DNA of 47,719 bases. Source: an archaeon (lineage in GTDB: Archaea > B1Sed10-29 > WALL01 > WAMD01). The first letter of the stretch is position 1, and each line of letters begins with the position of its first letter. The translations under genes and the position numbers were made by a program. The stretch covers positions 1 to 47,719 of the forward strand of contig JAJRYR010000063.1 in assembly GCA_024275655.1 (NCBI GenBank), written 5' to 3'. The notes beneath the pieces were generated by a model. The model did not search any database and was not told the origin of the DNA. It worked only from the letters and a program-made list of their open reading frames with translations. This document shows positions 1 through 10,224 of this stretch, piece by piece.

Positions 1-53
1 GTTTTCTCCAGCGAACGATATTCCCTTATTTTGTTCGATGTAACGAACATCAT
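1..53 (-). CDS. 5' end of a probable CDS running off the window (MMFVTSNKIREYRSLEK...)
   Basis: ATG at 53 overlaps the TGA of the 50..478 ORF (ATGA coupling); frame is open to the window edge. Confidence 0.4.
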   Translation of the reverse strand, partial: MMFVTSNKIREYRSLEK

Positions 54-478
54 TCTATTTGTAGTTCTTCAACTTTCTTTGGCAAATTTTTTATGTATTC
101 GGGGGTCACATCGTAGTAGGCCAACTGATCAGCTTTGTACATGCCTAAAAGGTACTCTGCCCTCTCCTTTGCAATTTCAAGTAAAGCATTTTTTATCAAT
201 CTGAGTTCTGGCTCAGGACCCAGGAACACCACTTCCCCATCCTGGAACCTAAAATAGCCAGAGGAGACTTCGGGTTCCTTTGGTTTGATCTCCACCTTAA
301 TAACCTTGCCATTCATCTTTATGTAAGCATTTTTCCCATCAGAATAAGTTTGAATTTCCCGAAAGGCAAGGACATTCTTCACCCTGGCTAGTAGGGAGTC
401 AACCACCTTGTTTAGCTTTCTGCCACCTATAACTGCCAGAGCCCTAACTAGTTTTCCAGGTATTGCCAGTTTTGCCAT
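50..478 (-). CDS. hypothetical protein (142 aa)
   Basis: Clean ORF with genome-typical composition; TATA-like element about 25 nt upstream; no recognisable motif. Confidence 0.75.
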   Translation of the reverse strand: MAKLAIPGKLVRALAVIGGRKLNKVVDSLLARVKNVLAFREIQTYSDGKNAYIKMNGKVIKVEIKPKEPEVSSGYFRFQDGEVVFLGPEPELRLIKNALLEIAKERAEYLLGMYKADQLAYYDVTPEYIKNLPKKVEELQIE

Positions 479-549
479 GCTTCATTTAACAGGGTAATTC
501 TATAAATATTTGTACTTGCTAATGAAATTGTGCTGTAGAGGTGAAAGGA

Positions 550-909
550 ATGTTGGAGCTGCTCATGTACGTGTTGGTTGGGCTTGTTGCGGGGGTAATT
601 AGTGGTTTGATAGGTATTGGAGGAGGTATAATAATTGTGCCAGCATTGATTTTCTTGTTTGGCATGTCCCAGCATCAGGCCCAGGGAACCAGTCTAGCGA
701 TGCTTCTCCCTCCAATAGGTGCCTTGGCTGTCTGGAGCTATTGGAAAGCAGGGTACATAAACTGGACCGTTGCACTTGTGGCTGCCTTAGGATTCTTTTT
801 TGGTGGTTACATAGGTGCGAGTTTTGCTAATGGTGTTTCTGATCAGATCCTCAGAAGGATATTTGGGGTTGCGCTTTTGTTGATTGCCATATACATGATA
901 GTCAGGTGA
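550..909 (+). CDS. sulfite exporter TauE/SafE (TSUP) family membrane protein, half-size
   Basis: GLVAGVISGLIGIGGGIIIVP and AQGTSL motifs, hydrophobic helices; GAGGTGA RBS before ATG 550. Confidence 0.85.
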   Translation: MLELLMYVLVGLVAGVISGLIGIGGGIIIVPALIFLFGMSQHQAQGTSLAMLLPPIGALAVWSYWKAGYINWTVALVAALGFFFGGYIGASFANGVSDQILRRIFGVALLLIAIYMIVR

Positions 910-962
910 TTCTTTTAATTTAGAAGGAGTGAATTAAAGAAGGGATTGGAGGGGTTATGGGT

Positions 963-2591
963 TTAGTCAAACTCTTCCCCACCAGGCATGTTGTTCTCGC
1001 TTCCACTGGATTTCTTGCTGGCCGCTATTATGTCGTCAATTCTCAAGATCATCTCTGCAGCTTCACTTGCAGAGGATATTGCTTGTTTCTTTACTCTCAT
1101 TGGTTCTAGAACATTGCCTTCCTTCATGTCTGCGATCTTCCCTTCAAATACATCTATTCCTAGGTGTGGGTTTTTCTCCTTTTCCTGCTTTGCCCTCAGT
1201 TCCACCAGCGTGTCAATTGGATCCATTCCAGCGCTTTCTGCTAGTGTGGTTGGGATTATCTCTAGAGCATTAGCGAATGCCTCTATTGCTAGTTGCTCTC
1301 TTCCTCCAACTGTTTTTGCATAGTCTCTTAGTTTCAATGCCAAGGCCACCTCTGGTGAACCTCCACCAGTGACAATCTTTCCATCTTCCATTGCACTGGA
1401 GACAACACCTATTGCATCGTTCAATGCTCTCTCTGCCTCATCCACCACGTGTTCTGTTCCTCCTCTCACCAAGATTGTGACTGCCTTTGGATCCTTGCAG
1501 TTCTCTACAAACACCATGTTCTCTCCGGAGATCTTTCTCTCCTCAACCTTCCCTGCGTATCCTAGGTCCTTTTCGCTTAGGTCCTTTATGCTGGTCACGA
1601 TTGTTGCTCCAGTGGCCTTTGCCAGCTTCTCCATGTCAGACTTTTTCACTCTTCTTACTGCTAGTATTCCTTCCTTTGCTAGGAAGTGCTGGGCCAGGTC
1701 ATCTATTCCTTTCTGGCAGAACACCACATTTGCCCCACTGGCCTTTATCTTGTCTACCATTTCTCTTAGCATTTTCTCTTCCTGGTCAAGGAAAGCCTGC
1801 AGCTGCTCTGGGCTGGTGATCCTTATCTCGGCGTCTGTTTCTGTCTCCTTGACCTCAATGGGTGCATTAATCAGAGCTATCTTTGCATCCTTAACAACTC
1901 TAGGCATTCCAGGATGCACTCTCTCCTTGTCGATTATTATACCGTTTATTAGCTCAGTGTCCTCAAGGTCTCCTCCCTGCTTCTTTTCAATCTTTATGTA
2001 ATCTGTGTCAATTATGGTCTTGCCATTCTCAGTCTCTGCCACCTGCTTCACTGCCTTAACCACGATCTCTGCCAGTTTCTCTCTAGCCTCCTCTACACCT
2101 TTACCAGTCATTGATGTGATTGCTAGCTTCTTCAAGGTCTCCTCGTCATCTGGCTTGACGTCCATTGCAATTCCATCCAAAAGCTCAACAGCCTTTTCGG
2201 CTGCCATCCTGTAACCCTTTATTATCACGGTTGGGTGGATCTTCTTGTCCAGTAGTTCCTCTGCCTTTCCTAGTAGCTCTCCTGCAATGACCACTGCTGT
2301 TGTGGTTCCATCTCCAACTTCCTTGTCCTGGGTCTTTGCAATCTCAACCATCATCTTTGCTGCTGGGTGTTCAACATTCATTTCCTCTAGAATTGTGGCC
2401 CCATCGTTTGTGACCACGATATCCCCTAGTTCGTCCACCAGCATCTTATCCATTCCTTTTGGACCTAGGGTTGATTTGACTGCATTAGCAACCGCTCTAG
2501 CAACCATAATATTCACTCTTTGGGCGTCTCGCCCAACAACCCTTTGGGTTCCTTCAGGCAATATCAATACTGGTTGTCCACTTAGCTGCAT
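963..2591 (-). CDS. thsA: thermosome (group II chaperonin) subunit
   Basis: [30 protein letters not shown] motifs; 542 aa. Confidence 0.97.
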   Translation of the reverse strand: MQLSGQPVLILPEGTQRVVGRDAQRVNIMVARAVANAVKSTLGPKGMDKMLVDELGDIVVTNDGATILEEMNVEHPAAKMMVEIAKTQDKEVGDGTTTAVVIAGELLGKAEELLDKKIHPTVIIKGYRMAAEKAVELLDGIAMDVKPDDEETLKKLAITSMTGKGVEEAREKLAEIVVKAVKQVAETENGKTIIDTDYIKIEKKQGGDLEDTELINGIIIDKERVHPGMPRVVKDAKIALINAPIEVKETETDAEIRITSPEQLQAFLDQEEKMLREMVDKIKASGANVVFCQKGIDDLAQHFLAKEGILAVRRVKKSDMEKLAKATGATIVTSIKDLSEKDLGYAGKVEERKISGENMVFVENCKDPKAVTILVRGGTEHVVDEAERALNDAIGVVSSAMEDGKIVTGGGSPEVALALKLRDYAKTVGGREQLAIEAFANALEIIPTTLAESAGMDPIDTLVELRAKQEKEKNPHLGIDVFEGKIADMKEGNVLEPMRVKKQAISSASEAAEMILRIDDIIAASKKSSGSENNMPGGEEFD

Positions 2592-2712
2592 TTCTCATCA
2601 CCCTCCTGAAATTATATTTTTAATATGAGCCAGTATAGAACCAGCTGTATTTCTGTTCTAGCTTAAGGGTTTTATAAATGTAAAAAATTAGTGGATATCC
2701 ACTTAACAAGTA

Positions 2713-3150
2713 TCACCCTTTCTTTTTCTTCACCTTCTCTACTAGAACCTTTATTCGTGGGTACATCTCCACCATTCCGCCTAGCCGTATTTCGTGTTCT
2801 TTCCCAGGTTTGAGTTCGTGCTCATCACCTGTTATCAAAGGTTTTCCCTCTACAACGTTGGATCCCTTGGAAATTAGAACTAGCTTTCCACCTTTATGGA
2901 TTATTTCTACTCCCCTGACTGACTCAGGTATCGGTACAGAGGGGAGATTGTGAATGGTGTCTCCGTGAGAAACAGCTAGGTTCGTCTTAGAGCTAGATCT
3001 TTCAATTTTTATGCGCTCTTCAGGGAGTAGGTCGATGGTAATACGTTTCTCGTGTCTTTTTCCAAAAACGTCCACAATTGAGGATATCTTAACTCTAAGG
3101 AGAGTTTCATGTTTTTTCCTTCTAGATCTCCTGCCAGGCATTTCAACCAC
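2713..3150 (-). CDS. hypothetical basic protein, possible degenerate FHA-like beta-sandwich
   Basis: Basic termini (MPGRRSRRKK / KVKKKKG); segment LVLISKGSNVVEGKPL...ELKPGKEHEIRLGG resembles the C-terminal half of FHA; start may be ATG 3141. Confidence 0.6.
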   Translation of the reverse strand: MVEMPGRRSRRKKHETLLRVKISSIVDVFGKRHEKRITIDLLPEERIKIERSSSKTNLAVSHGDTIHNLPSVPIPESVRGVEIIHKGGKLVLISKGSNVVEGKPLITGDEHELKPGKEHEIRLGGMVEMYPRIKVLVEKVKKKKG

Positions 3151-3204
3151 AGTAATTTAAGGGTTGCGCACTAATTTAAAGTTAGTCCTACATAAACCTC
3201 GTTA

Positions 3205-3612
3205 ATGATACTTGTGTTGGGATTGGGGAACGATCTTTCTAGGATGGACAGCCTAGGCACAGAGATAGTAAAGGAATTGGAAAACCGATCTACAAAAGAT
3301 GTAGTTTATCTATCTTGTGGTTCTGCACCGGAAAACTTTGTATCCAAGTGTCTAGACCAACGCGTTGAAAAGCTCATTGTGGTGGATGTTGGAGAGTTCG
3401 GTGGGAGAGCTGGAGATGTAAAGATTTTTACAGAGATCATTGAGGCTGGAGTGCAATCCACTCACAAGCCCAAACTTTCTCATCTAGTTAAGCTACTTGA
3501 TCCAGAAGAAGTGTATTTCGTTCTGATCCAGAGGGGTTCTTTACTATCTCAGGTGAAAGAAAAGGTTTTCCGGGTCCTGGATGATCTAGTCCACCAGTCT
3601 CCAACTTACTAG
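3205..3612 (+). CDS. hycI: hydrogenase maturation endopeptidase (HycI-like)
   Basis: VLGLGN, CGSAPEN, IVVDVG and STH motifs; abuts hypA convergently. Confidence 0.85.
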   Translation: MILVLGLGNDLSRMDSLGTEIVKELENRSTKDVVYLSCGSAPENFVSKCLDQRVEKLIVVDVGEFGGRAGDVKIFTEIIEAGVQSTHKPKLSHLVKLLDPEEVYFVLIQRGSLLSQVKEKVFRVLDDLVHQSPTY

Positions 3613-3957
3613 TTACTCAACCCGGGCTTCAGCTTCTGTTCCACTGATTATTCCAGCCTTTTTCCCGCACTTTGGACATGTCCAGTCTATCGGGATCACG
3701 TGCAGGTGCGGGACAGAATCTATTTCTCCCTTGAATCCGCAGTGGGGACATTCAATTACCAGGGGGATCTCGTAAAACTCTATCTCCAGGTTTTCATATT
3801 CGGTCCCCTTTGCCAACTGTTTGAACAGTGAGATAAAGGTTTCCCTGGGCACGCTCCTGGCTTTTCCCATCTTTACCACTAGTTTGTGTACTGGTCCTTT
3901 ACTTCCCTCTTGAACAACTAGATCAAAGGCCTTCTTTACGATTCCCCATTCATGCAT
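3613..3957 (-). CDS. hypA: hydrogenase nickel incorporation protein HypA
   Basis: N-terminal MHE, CPHC...CPKC zinc site, SGTE near the C-terminus. Confidence 0.92.
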   Translation of the reverse strand: MHEWGIVKKAFDLVVQEGSKGPVHKLVVKMGKARSVPRETFISLFKQLAKGTEYENLEIEFYEIPLVIECPHCGFKGEIDSVPHLHVIPIDWTCPKCGKKAGIISGTEAEARVE

Positions 3958-4354
3958 TTCTTTTCCTCCTCGTTTGAAGAAGGTTCAACGCTTTTTCCAG
4001 GCTGGCCCGTATAAATGGAGGTTTAGGTGGACACCCTGGAACGGTTATATCCACTGCAACCCACTTGTTTAAAGGAGCATTGCTGGTTTCTTTAAACACA
4101 TTCCCAGTGATTGGGCAAATACCCATGGCGATTATTACTGGTTTGTTTTTCATTTTGTCTACTTCATGAATGATTTGTTTAAACTCTTCCAAGAAATTGT
4201 TGGTTATTGTTCCAGTGAACACCAGGATGTCTGCGGTTTTGAATTCCTGATCACTGACTAGTTCGATCCCTAGATCACAGACGCTTAGCACGCTCGCAAT
4301 TTCCATTTCACATCCTGAGCAACTTCCAGTATCAATGACTGCTAGCCTGGCCAT
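3950..4354 (-). CDS. group 4 [NiFe] hydrogenase small subunit (NuoB/EchC-like)
   Basis: GSCSGCEMEI, MGICPITG and VPGCPPKP: four Cys for one [4Fe-4S] cluster. Confidence 0.9.
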   Translation of the reverse strand: MARLAVIDTGSCSGCEMEIASVLSVCDLGIELVSDQEFKTADILVFTGTITNNFLEEFKQIIHEVDKMKNKPVIIAMGICPITGNVFKETSNAPLNKWVAVDITVPGCPPKPPFIRASLEKALNLLQTRRKRNA

Positions 4355-5435
4355 ATATCCACTCCCTACCGTTTTCCACGACTATTATCCTTTCCGCACA
4401 TGTGTAGCAAGGATCTATTGTTAAGAATGTCGGACTCAACTGTTCCAGTTCCAAGCCCACCAGGAGCTTTGGAAGTATGGATAGGTTCCTGTTGGTTGGT
4501 GTGGTAATTTCCAAGTTCGTTATCACATCTTCCCTCACTTCAACCACATGTGTGTTTACTCCCCTGGGCGCTTCGCACGTGCCAGTCCTTTTCCCAGTTA
4601 GACTGGAAACCCTTTCCCTTACGTTCCCTGGTGGCAACGCCCTAACAGCCTCTTCTATCAAATCTACACTGTGAAGTACCTCATCCATTCTTACCTTCAG
4701 CCTTTCTAGGGAATCCCCCTTCGTTCCCAGGATTTCACTGAAACCCAAATCTCTATATGCAAAATAGCCAGTCAATCTCTCGTCGCAGGAAACCCCACTC
4801 GCTCTGGCCAGAGGACCAACTAGACCGTATTCTTCCACGTCCTTCTTACTAATCCTAGCTAGTCCCTCCAATTTGCCTACGAGGTTTTCGTTCGCCAGCA
4901 TGCCTTCAAACAGTGGGGAGACTGCATCTCTGAACTCCTTCATAGACCTTGCAATTTGATTCCTATCGTTTTCTGTGAGATCAAATACAACCCCCCCAAC
5001 GGTCTGCACATTTGGATGGATTCTTAAACCTCTAGTTTTCTCCAGTAGGTTTAGGATGATCTCTCTTGCCTTGTACATGGGTTTGAAATCCAGCCCCACA
5101 TCCTCAGCTACAAGGGCAAACCAAAGGGTGTGACTGGTTATTCTTTCCATCTCTGAGTATATCACTCGGATATAGTTTGCTCTCCTGGGAGCTGATACGC
5201 CTGCAATGCCTTCCAGGGCCCTAACAAACGCATTTGTGTGTGCTAAACTACAAATACCGCAAATTCTCTCCACTAGGGGAAGGGCCTGTTGCCAAGTTTT
5301 CCCTTTGCACAAGTCTTCTATGTCTCTCCTCCTATGTTCCAGGTTGGTTTCTACCTTTTCAATCTTCTTATCCTCCCCCAACCAAACCTTCACGGTTTTA
5401 TAATCTTCTAGTAAAGAGAAAAAAGGTTTTACCAT
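4332..5435 (-). CDS. group 4 [NiFe] hydrogenase large subunit
   Basis: L1 ERICGICSLAH, ERITSH, EAPRG, L2 DPCYTCAER followed by a cleavable tail. Confidence 0.92.
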   Translation of the reverse strand: MVKPFFSLLEDYKTVKVWLGEDKKIEKVETNLEHRRRDIEDLCKGKTWQQALPLVERICGICSLAHTNAFVRALEGIAGVSAPRRANYIRVIYSEMERITSHTLWFALVAEDVGLDFKPMYKAREIILNLLEKTRGLRIHPNVQTVGGVVFDLTENDRNQIARSMKEFRDAVSPLFEGMLANENLVGKLEGLARISKKDVEEYGLVGPLARASGVSCDERLTGYFAYRDLGFSEILGTKGDSLERLKVRMDEVLHSVDLIEEAVRALPPGNVRERVSSLTGKRTGTCEAPRGVNTHVVEVREDVITNLEITTPTNRNLSILPKLLVGLELEQLSPTFLTIDPCYTCAERIIVVENGREWIYGQASSH

Positions 5436-5443
5436 TCTCTCAC

Positions 5444-6217
5444 CTATACTCCAGCATTTTCCAATGATTTACTGCATGGGCAATCGCGTTTCTCTGGTAT
5501 TCTGGGCACTGCCAATTTTAGCAAGGCCTTCACGTTGTCTATGTTCTTGGCCATGGTCTCTAGAACTTCCTTTGTATCCACTGGTTTGTCTGCCCATACA
5601 TCATAGTCTGTAACCATGGATATGTTTGCGTAGCAAATCTCTAGTTCTCTTGCCAGGTTTATTTCTGGAACTAGGGTCATTCCAATTATATCTGCGAATT
5701 GTCTGAACATCCTAGACTCTGCCCTAGTTGAGAATCTGGGACCTTCTATACAAATGTAAGTACCAGTCTCCTTGAACTGCAGTCCTAGCTCTCTGGCAGA
5801 ATCGATTAACACCTTCCTAATCTCTGGACAGAATGGATCTGCAAAGCCCACGTGGTAGACCTTGCCACCATCGTAGAATGTGTAGTCTCTCTTTTTTGTG
5901 AAGTCGATGAACTGATCTACGAACACAATATCTCCAGGTTTATACTCTTCCTGCAGTGAACCCACGGCATTCACTCCAATTATTCTCTCCACTCCCAGCT
6001 CGTGTAAAGCCCATATATTTGCCCTATAATTTACCTTGTGTGGAGGGATGGTATGTCCTATTCCGTGTCTAGGTATAAACGCAACCTCCACACCCTCAAG
6101 CTTTCCTACTTGAGCAGGTGCGGAGGGAGACCCATAGGGGGTGGCAATCTTAACTTCTCTTGGATCCTCCAATAATTCATAAAATCCGGACCCTCCAATT
6201 ATCCCAATTTTTACCAT
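5444..6217 (-). CDS. mtnP: S-methyl-5'-thioadenosine phosphorylase
   Basis: [35 protein letters not shown] and VTDYD motifs. Confidence 0.93.
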   Translation of the reverse strand: MVKIGIIGGSGFYELLEDPREVKIATPYGSPSAPAQVGKLEGVEVAFIPRHGIGHTIPPHKVNYRANIWALHELGVERIIGVNAVGSLQEEYKPGDIVFVDQFIDFTKKRDYTFYDGGKVYHVGFADPFCPEIRKVLIDSARELGLQFKETGTYICIEGPRFSTRAESRMFRQFADIIGMTLVPEINLARELEICYANISMVTDYDVWADKPVDTKEVLETMAKNIDNVKALLKLAVPRIPEKRDCPCSKSLENAGV

Positions 6218-6227
6218 TATATCACCT

Positions 6228-6899
6228 CTACCTCACCAGCCTTGTTAAGTAATACATTTCTTTGCCTTCTACTTGCTTAACTCCAACAACATCTCTGTCA
6301 GCCAGGTCCCCCAGGGCTTCCCTGACGTCTGAGATTGGGACATCAACCCCATGCTCCCTGTGGAAGTACTCTACGATTTCTCCTGGAGACATTTCCTTGG
6401 ATTCCAGCATTTTCTGGATTAGGTTTGCAAGGTCCTCCCAGTAGTTCCAGGGGAATATCATCCATGCCCACTCGGTTTCTCTTCCGTAGTAATCTGGTGT
6501 ATACTTTGATGCCACTATGTGTAGAAGAGTTGCCGTTCTAACTTCGCTGGGATTTCCAGCCTCTAACACATGTTTCCTAGCTAATTCTAGGCTTTGGCCG
6601 GTATCGGTTATGTCATCGGCAACCAAGACTTTCTTTCCTTCCAAATTCACATTCAGACCCTGGTGCAGTTTTGCGCCTTCCTGGTCCTTCTCTGCTGTTA
6701 TCCCCCAGTGACCAACCTTTATTGAATATAGATCCTTGACCCCCAGGAGATCGCATAGAACTCTTGCGTGGAACCAACCGCCCCTTGCAACTCCAACTAT
6801 TGCGTCGGGTTGAAAACCAGATGCCTTTACTTTTCTTGCAGTTTCCTTGGCCAATTCGTACACATCGTCCCAGGATAGGATTTTACATCTTATGCCCAT
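6228..6899 (-). CDS. purine phosphoribosyltransferase (archaeal type)
   Basis: VARGG, PRPP-binding [19 protein letters not shown]. Confidence 0.9.
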   Translation of the reverse strand: MGIRCKILSWDDVYELAKETARKVKASGFQPDAIVGVARGGWFHARVLCDLLGVKDLYSIKVGHWGITAEKDQEGAKLHQGLNVNLEGKKVLVADDITDTGQSLELARKHVLEAGNPSEVRTATLLHIVASKYTPDYYGRETEWAWMIFPWNYWEDLANLIQKMLESKEMSPGEIVEYFHREHGVDVPISDVREALGDLADRDVVGVKQVEGKEMYYLTRLVR

Positions 6900-6954
6900 C
6901 TACCCCACCAGGATAATTTAGTTTGCTGATATTATTTAGGTTTTCCCTGTAAAA

Positions 6955-8007
6955 TTATGCTTTGATTATCTTGTAAGATGCTCTTTTCAATCTGTTCATT
7001 ATAGCTAGGCCCAGCCCAACACTTTCGATCCCTTCTGCAATTATTATATCTACATCCTCTTCGTCAAATTCCCTTAAGGTTTTGAACAGGTTTCTGGCAA
7101 TCGTTTCGAAGTCATTTCCTATGATCTTCGTTACGTCCGCACCATATCTCTGTCTCATATCAGTAACCATCACTCCGATCTTCTTCCCCTCTCTTTTGTA
7201 TTTTGTGATGAGCTCTCGGATTTTTTCATTGACTTTTTCTGTGTTGCCCTCAACAACTATTACGTCAGCGTTAGGAGCGTAGTGCCTGTATTTCATCCCA
7301 GGTGATTTAACAATGGTCTTTACTTTCCTTCCTTCAACAGCAGGGTGCACCTGGACTTCTCCCAGGAGTCTTTCTAGGTCTTCCGGAGTGATTCCTCCAG
7401 GTCTCAGTATTGTTGGTGGATCCACAGTCAAATCCAGAACAGTAGATTCCAAGCCAATTTGTGTTTCGCCAGCATCTATGATTACATCTATCTTTCCATA
7501 CAAATCGCGTATTACATGTTCTCCAGATGTGGGGCTGGGTTTACCAGAGAGATTTGCTGAGGGAGCAGCTACAGGTACTTTGGACTCTTCTATCAGTGTT
7601 AGGGCGATTTTGTGGGCAGGCATTCTAATGGCCACAGTATCTAGGCCACCAGTGGTGGTGCTGGGAACTATCTCAGATTTCTTTAGAATGAGTGTTAGGG
7701 GACCCGGCCAGAAAGCGTCCATCAATTCTTCTGCTTCCTTTGGAACTTCGCTTGCCAGCTTGTATACCTCTGCCTTACTAGCTATATGGACTATTAGGGG
7801 ATTATCAGCAGGTCTTACCTTTACTTCGAATATTTTCTTCACAGCTTTACTGTCCAGAGCATTAGCCCCCAGTCCGTAGACGGTTTCTGTGGGGAATGCC
7901 ACCAATCCTCCTTTTCTCAGGACTTCTGCAGCTATCTTGATCTTTGACCTCATCTTCTCGTCTTCCCAGGAATCCTGTGGGCCCAATGTTATAACTAGGG
8001 TTTGCAT
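6955..8007 (-). CDS. sua5: L-threonylcarbamoyladenylate synthase Sua5 (TsaC plus SUA5 domain)
   Basis: VAFPTETVYGLGA, RPADNPLIVH, APSANLSG, SPGMKYRHYAP, MNRLKRAS. Confidence 0.96.
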   Translation of the reverse strand: MQTLVITLGPQDSWEDEKMRSKIKIAAEVLRKGGLVAFPTETVYGLGANALDSKAVKKIFEVKVRPADNPLIVHIASKAEVYKLASEVPKEAEELMDAFWPGPLTLILKKSEIVPSTTTGGLDTVAIRMPAHKIALTLIEESKVPVAAPSANLSGKPSPTSGEHVIRDLYGKIDVIIDAGETQIGLESTVLDLTVDPPTILRPGGITPEDLERLLGEVQVHPAVEGRKVKTIVKSPGMKYRHYAPNADVIVVEGNTEKVNEKIRELITKYKREGKKIGVMVTDMRQRYGADVTKIIGNDFETIARNLFKTLREFDEEDVDIIIAEGIESVGLGLAIMNRLKRASYKIIKA

Positions 8008-8087
8008 AGCAGTAAATAAAGAATAAAAAAGTTTAAAAAGGAAAACAGCGAAAAATTTATAAAGGTTTCTGTGAGAAGTGGGTTCTC

Positions 8088-8309
8088 ATGAGAGTGCTTG
8101 GGATTGCAGAGAATATATCAGCTTCTGGGAAGCTGATTGTGAGATGCTCAGGAAGAGTTCACCTAAGAATTGGCCAGAAAGTGTTTTTAAATGGAAAGGC
8201 CGTGGGGAAGGTGCACGATGTTGTGGGACCCGTTTCTAGGCCCTGGGTGTTGGTGGATGTGGGGGCGAACCCCCAGGCCCTTGTGGGCAAAGAGTTGTGC
8301 GTAAGGTGA
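8088..8309 (+). CDS. gar1: H/ACA RNP component Gar1/Naf1
   Basis: [15 protein letters not shown] motif; directly upstream of tfb, a common archaeal gene pair. Confidence 0.85.
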   Translation: MRVLGIAENISASGKLIVRCSGRVHLRIGQKVFLNGKAVGKVHDVVGPVSRPWVLVDVGANPQALVGKELCVR

Positions 8310-8313
8310 GATT

Positions 8314-9861
8314 ATGGCGGGAAAGAAGAAGAAAAAGAAGTCTGAAAAGAAGAAAAAGGAAGCAAGGAAGACTGCTAAGAAAAAGGTCAGCAAGGGCAAG
8401 AAGTCAAAAGCAAAGGCAAGCACAAAGAAAAAGCAAACCAAATCCAAGAAAAGCGTGAAGGCGAAAAGCAAGAAAGCAAAGAAAACCAAGAAGACCAGCG
8501 GAAAGGCGAAGAAGACGGTGAAGAAAACTGCCAAGAAAGCTACAAAGAAAACCACTAAAAAGGCAACAAAGAAATCTGCCAAGAAAAAGACAGTGAAAAA
8601 GACCAGTAAGAAGAAAACCACAAAGAAGACAACTAAGAAAAAGGCGGGCAAGACCACCAAGAAAGCCAAAAAGAAGCAGGCAAAAAAGGAAAAGAAGAAA
8701 GAAGTAAAGAGACCTGCTAAGAAAAAGGAGAAAAAAGGAAAAAAGGAAAAAGCTGTTGAGGAAGAAGAGATCGTGATAATCAAACTAGAAGCCGAACCAG
8801 AGGAACAAGAGGAGGGACCAAGGGAGCAAAAGATAGTTATTGAGCTCCCCGAAAAAGAGGAGATCCCTGGACCTGAACCAAAGCCAGAGGAGCCAGTGGA
8901 ACTAGTGCAGGAGGAGGCAAAGGAGATCCCGAGAGAGGCTCCGCAGCCAGGAAAGCCCAGGTGTCCTGATTGTGGATCCACAAACCTAAGATGGGATTAT
9001 GAAAAGGCGGAGCTAGTATGCTTGGACTGCGGGTCAATAATTGAAGAGAGCATGATTGACTATGGGCCAGAATGGAGAGCATTTGATTCCTATCAAAAGA
9101 CAAAAAGGCAAAGAACAGGATCCCCAATAAAGTACACAAAGCCCAACAAAGGGTTGGTAACAGAGATAGATAGATACAATAGAGATATAAGAGGTAGCAA
9201 GCTCTCTCCACAGGCGGCTAGCCAAATGGGAAGGCTTAGAAAATGGCACAAGAGATCCAGTATTGCCAGCTCAATAGAGAGAAATCTAACCATTGCCATG
9301 GGAGACCTGGAAAGGATTTCTTCTTATTTAGGTTTACCACCAAACATACGAGAAGCAGCGGCTCTGCTTTATAGAAAGGCAGTAGAAAAAGGGCTAATCC
9401 GAGGAAGGTTAATAGAGAGCGTGGTCGCAGCTGTTGTATACATGATATGTAGACAGTATGGAATACCTAGAACTCTAGATGAGATTGCAGAAGTGTCAGG
9501 AATCTCAAAGAAGGAGATTGGAAGAACTTACAGATTCTTGAAGAAGGAGTTGTACGTAGATGTGCCTTTGACAAATCCAATATACTATGTCCCTAGATTT
9601 GCGAGTGCACTGGGATTGAGCGGAAAAGTGCAGGAGAAAGCAAAGGAAATCTTGCAGGATGCAGTTGAGAAAGGATTGATAAGTGGAAGAGGACCTACGG
9701 GCGTTGCAGCGGCTGCTGTTTACATTGCCAGCGTGATGATGGGTGAAAGGAGAACGCAGAAGGAAGTGGCAGAGGTAGCTGGAGTTACGGAAGTAACCAT
9801 AAGGAACAGATACAGAGAGCTAAAAAGAGAGTTAAACCTGGATATACAGGAGGAGGACTAA
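8314..9861 (+). CDS. tfb: transcription initiation factor IIB (TFB) with a long Lys-rich/acidic N-terminal extension
   Basis: CPDC...CLDC Zn ribbon, [37 protein letters not shown]; AGGTGAG RBS before ATG 8314. Confidence 0.96.
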   Translation: MAGKKKKKKSEKKKKEARKTAKKKVSKGKKSKAKASTKKKQTKSKKSVKAKSKKAKKTKKTSGKAKKTVKKTAKKATKKTTKKATKKSAKKKTVKKTSKKKTTKKTTKKKAGKTTKKAKKKQAKKEKKKEVKRPAKKKEKKGKKEKAVEEEEIVIIKLEAEPEEQEEGPREQKIVIELPEKEEIPGPEPKPEEPVELVQEEAKEIPREAPQPGKPRCPDCGSTNLRWDYEKAELVCLDCGSIIEESMIDYGPEWRAFDSYQKTKRQRTGSPIKYTKPNKGLVTEIDRYNRDIRGSKLSPQAASQMGRLRKWHKRSSIASSIERNLTIAMGDLERISSYLGLPPNIREAAALLYRKAVEKGLIRGRLIESVVAAVVYMICRQYGIPRTLDEIAEVSGISKKEIGRTYRFLKKELYVDVPLTNPIYYVPRFASALGLSGKVQEKAKEILQDAVEKGLISGRGPTGVAAAAVYIASVMMGERRTQKEVAEVAGVTEVTIRNRYRELKRELNLDIQEED

Positions 9862-10121
9862 CCCCTAACCCCAAACTTATCCACAACCCTCTTTACCTTT
9901 TCTAGGCTTCTGGTGGTCACGAATATTTTCTCCCCTAGCTGTTCTAGAAGAGCATCTTCAATCCATCGCCCCACCGTGGCATAGTGCACGCCTGTCTTTG
10001 AGAAAATAATAGTGTCGTTATCATAGATACTTAGGAACTTTACGTTCCTGGAGTGTTTTCTCTCAACATTTTTCAGGATCCTTCTAAGCTGGTCTTTAGA
10101 GAGATTGTGGCTTCCGAACAT
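9858..10121 (-). CDS. hypothetical protein (about 87 aa)
   Basis: GAGGAG RBS before ATG 10121 (the ORF track start at 10211 is probably too far upstream); stop overlaps tfb stop. Confidence 0.65.
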   Translation of the reverse strand: MFGSHNLSKDQLRRILKNVERKHSRNVKFLSIYDNDTIIFSKTGVHYATVGRWIEDALLEQLGEKIFVTTRSLEKVKRVVDKFGVRG

Positions 10122-10224
10122 GGATACTCCTCGTATGAATGCTACTCCTATTTTTCCGTTTTTAGGATTCATACGTTTAATTGCGAAGAAAATGAATATA
10201 AAATATCCCATCGTAAACTAGGAT

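Noticed and set aside
988-2628. Ser-rich antisense ORFs opposite the thermosome (and similar ones opposite ileS, the antiporters, thiolase and DRG)
   Set aside because: Shadow ORFs of well-supported genes; no motifs or RBS.
2592-2700. Shared heat-shock operator upstream of thermosome and hsp20 (inverted repeats TAGAAC..GTTCTA here and CCCCAGA..TCTGGGG near 32600)
   Set aside because: The two inverted repeats do not resemble each other and I could not match a known regulator motif.
8320-8750. A-rich repetitive DNA as a possible tandem repeat or CRISPR array
   Set aside because: No fixed-length repeat/spacer structure; it is explained by Lys-rich coding with varied synonymous codons.
8187-8981. 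264-aa Phe-rich minus-strand ORF that looks like a membrane protein
   Set aside because: It is the antisense shadow of the AAG/AAA-rich Lys tract of tfb.
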